A stretch of 63,997 nt of DNA, the filler included, from Candidatus Babelota bacterium (GTDB taxonomy: Bacteria > JAGOBX01): the NCBI GenBank assembly GCA_017999075.1. It is 13 parts of 13 records of this genome, joined end to end, with 100 filler letters (N's around TTAATTAATTAA, not from the genome) between each part and the next. Parts side by side here need not be neighbours in the genome. Positions count along the whole stretch, not along the records: positions 59,291 to 63,997 come from JAGOBX010000330.1; 12 more parts are not named here. One strand, 5' to 3'. The notes under the pieces were generated by a model that was given only the letters and a program-made list of their open reading frames with translations, searched no databases and was not told the origin of the DNA. Below are positions 61,680-63,997 of this stretch, piece after piece (the first letter of the stretch is position 1; every line of letters starts with the position of its first letter). The translations under genes and the position numbers were made by a program.

Positions 61680-61717
61680 ATATTAGAAAAAACAAAAAAA
61701 ATGTAACATACAATTTG

Positions 61718-62761
61718 TTATTTTTTTATTTTACGCAGCCAGTTTAAAATTACTTTCAGGTTCAGGCTGTATATTAAATTATTTTCCGAATCGCAAGCAA
61801 CTCTGCATGAATTGCAATTTTTTATTTTTTCAAGTTTTTTAAATGTCTTTATAAAACCTTCATTTCTATAATCTAATCCTGGAACAGTACCTCTGCATTG
61901 GCCGCAGGCAAACATTAGATGATCATAATAAATATGGCAATATAATTTTCCTGCAAAACATTTATAATTAGCCAAGTTGTTAGAATATAAAATATTATAA
62001 TCATTCCAGTTATACATAAATTCTAAAAATTCAAGAGTTGACCCGATTTTTCTGCCTTGTTTTTTTAAAAATATTAATTTTTTAAATGCATCTTTGATTT
62101 GATTATGTTCCGGAATAAAATCTTTTATTCGTTCATAATCAGGGAGAGAATTAATTTCTATAGGGTTGTTGAAAAATTGAATTAAGACAAAATTCGCGTA
62201 TGATTTTAATCTTTCCGCATTTTCCACAATAAATTCAATGTCATCTATATTATTTTTATTAAGCGTAGTTGTAGTCCAAAAATTAATAGAATTATCTTTT
62301 AAAAAATTCATTGCATCTACAACTTTATTATAAGTATTTTTTCCACGCATAATTTCATGGTTATCTTTCCTTCCATCAAAACTCACCATAACTGCATCTG
62401 ATTTTTTCAATGATTCCAGATGATATTTGGCTAAAAGAGCGTTTGTTGAAACTACTGTAAAAATATTTTTTGATTTTATATGATCAATAATCTTTTTGAA
62501 CCCGGAATGAAGTAAAGGTTCGCCTCCGGTAAGATTTATTTTTTTTACTCCAGCCATATACATTTCATCAACTAATGATAATACATCTTCAGTAGGAAAT
62601 TCTTCCTCAGCAGCATTATTCAATTGATCAAAATCGCAGTATTTACATTTTAAGTTACAGCGTGTTGTAAGACTTAAATAAACCCCTATCGGATATTTAT
62701 ATTTCTTTAAAATATTGGCTTTTACAGTTTCAATTCCTGATTTTAAAAGAAGTTTAAGCAT
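61718..62761 (-). CDS. Radical SAM protein with SPASM/twitch-like C-terminus
   Basis: CNLKCKYC, TGGEPLLH, CFAG...C...C..C...C. Confidence 0.87.
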   Translation of the reverse strand: MLKLLLKSGIETVKANILKKYKYPIGVYLSLTTRCNLKCKYCDFDQLNNAAEEEFPTEDVLSLVDEMYMAGVKKINLTGGEPLLHSGFKKIIDHIKSKNIFTVVSTNALLAKYHLESLKKSDAVMVSFDGRKDNHEIMRGKNTYNKVVDAMNFLKDNSINFWTTTTLNKNNIDDIEFIVENAERLKSYANFVLIQFFNNPIEINSLPDYERIKDFIPEHNQIKDAFKKLIFLKKQGRKIGSTLEFLEFMYNWNDYNILYSNNLANYKCFAGKLYCHIYYDHLMFACGQCRGTVPGLDYRNEGFIKTFKKLEKIKNCNSCRVACDSENNLIYSLNLKVILNWLRKIKK

Positions 62762-62778
62762 ATTTCTTTTCTGATTTT

Positions 62779-63996
62779 TTATCTGATAACCGCTATTTTC
62801 TTTTTTTGAATATTCCCGTTAGTATCGGTGGCTATAAAAATATATATTCCGGAAGAAACTTTTTTATTGTCTTTATTTACCAAATTCCAGTAAAATCTAT
62901 TTTTTACCCCATTATATGAATATTCAGGTATAAAATTATTTTCATAAACAATTCTGCCATCAATGGAAAATATTTTCAATGAACTTTCTTCTTTAATATT
63001 GTCAAAAATCAGATAATCAGAATTATAATCACCAGGAGATGATTTTACCGGATTTGGATAATAGCTGAATCCAACAGGAATTATTTGATCTAAAATATAA
63101 AAATTGCCTAATAAATCAAATATAGGGGTACCTTGCGGAAAAACAGGTTTACTTTGAATTGTTAGCAGACTCAACCTGTCGCCAGGAGCTATGTATAACC
63201 TGTCTTTATATGACTTAGCATAATAATTTTCAAGAGAGGAATAAGAATATATAAAATCTTCCTGAATATTTAATATGTCAGATTTATATATTCCTGAAGA
63301 ATCTCCGGTTTCTGTAAAAACTATCTGTATAAAATTATCTTCATCTATTCCGGTAAATTTCGCAAGCGAATTTGAACTGGAATTTCTTGGAGAATTAAAA
63401 TCATTATTAATTAATTTTAATCCAAACGTATCCACACACAATCTATTACTTCCTGAATTATTCGCATACGCTGACAGAGTATCTTCCATAGTTCTAAACT
63501 GAATTATTTTTCCAACCCGTAAATTAGATAAAAACTGATCTTCTTTCCAGTTAACAGGAGAATCAACAAACCGTTCTTCATTAGTATAAATATCCGGAGT
63601 TGAAATGTTAACTTCCATTGAACTGCATACAGCAGGAGTTTTCACAATTGTAATATATAAAGTATCCGCAAATTCTTTTGCGCCTACTGATGAATATCCT
63701 CTGGGCATCCACCTGACAATAGCCGTATCTCCGCGATCAATGTGAAACTTAGGCACACTGTAATAAAAATTATGGGTATCTTCCACCAAATCTATCATTC
63801 CTGTATAAATATAAGAAGTCAAATCATCATTTGGCTGATATAATCTTATAGTAATGCTGTCAGGTTTAATATAACGGTCAGAACCCATTATACAAACATT
63901 AACCGAAATATAATCTGCAATATTAGAATTAACATCAAGAGCTGTAGCTGTTATTGTTAGCCTTGAATAATTTTTTTCACGTAAAGTATCAGTTAA
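62779..63996 (-). CDS. Large secreted protein with C-terminal T9SS-type-A/FlgD-Ig-like domain, 5' truncated
   Basis: YPNP...IF...KIFSIDGRIV...W...N.....SSGIY...KIAVIR tail; frame open to the window end. Confidence 0.75.
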   Translation of the reverse strand, partial: LTDTLREKNYSRLTITATALDVNSNIADYISVNVCIMGSDRYIKPDSITIRLYQPNDDLTSYIYTGMIDLVEDTHNFYYSVPKFHIDRGDTAIVRWMPRGYSSVGAKEFADTLYITIVKTPAVCSSMEVNISTPDIYTNEERFVDSPVNWKEDQFLSNLRVGKIIQFRTMEDTLSAYANNSGSNRLCVDTFGLKLINNDFNSPRNSSSNSLAKFTGIDEDNFIQIVFTETGDSSGIYKSDILNIQEDFIYSYSSLENYYAKSYKDRLYIAPGDRLSLLTIQSKPVFPQGTPIFDLLGNFYILDQIIPVGFSYYPNPVKSSPGDYNSDYLIFDNIKEESSLKIFSIDGRIVYENNFIPEYSYNGVKNRFYWNLVNKDNKKVSSGIYIFIATDTNGNIQKKKIAVIR

Positions 63997-63997
63997 T

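Overview
This window is not one locus. It is a pseudomolecule of 13 unrelated contigs of about 4.7-4.9 kb, sorted by decreasing length and joined by 100-nt N44-TTAATTAATTAA-N44 spacers, so only neighbourhoods within a contig are meaningful. Most contigs carry housekeeping or envelope genes of an AT-rich, probably anaerobic, diderm bacterium: polC, clpP, engB, dnaB, dnaJ, icd, hydF/aspA, rtcB, pbpC, mlaE, a secretin, TPR+ExbB/TolQ, Na/Pi transporters and a sucrose-phosphate synthase. Two contigs are accessory. Contig 1 (1-4894) has, on the minus strand, a flagellin 5' end missed by the ORF track, with a sigma-28 promoter, a long leader containing a terminator, and a coupled 35-aa uORF. On the plus strand it has a mobile-element-like gene train: 45-aa membrane peptide, DUF2958, SLOG/DprA-like protein, RHH-like protein, IntI-like tyrosine recombinase and a stand-alone AGDEF diguanylate cyclase. 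These genes are separated by terminators and a repeated 18-nt motif and are followed by about 930 nt of essentially non-coding, densely hairpin-forming sequence, which is the best candidate for an undescribed system. Contig 3 (9981-14865) holds one end of a prophage integrated in tRNA-Gln(CTG), whose integrase, ERCC4-like protein and family A polymerase all have non-canonical motifs. All calls come from reading the sequence by eye; no searches or folding programs were run.
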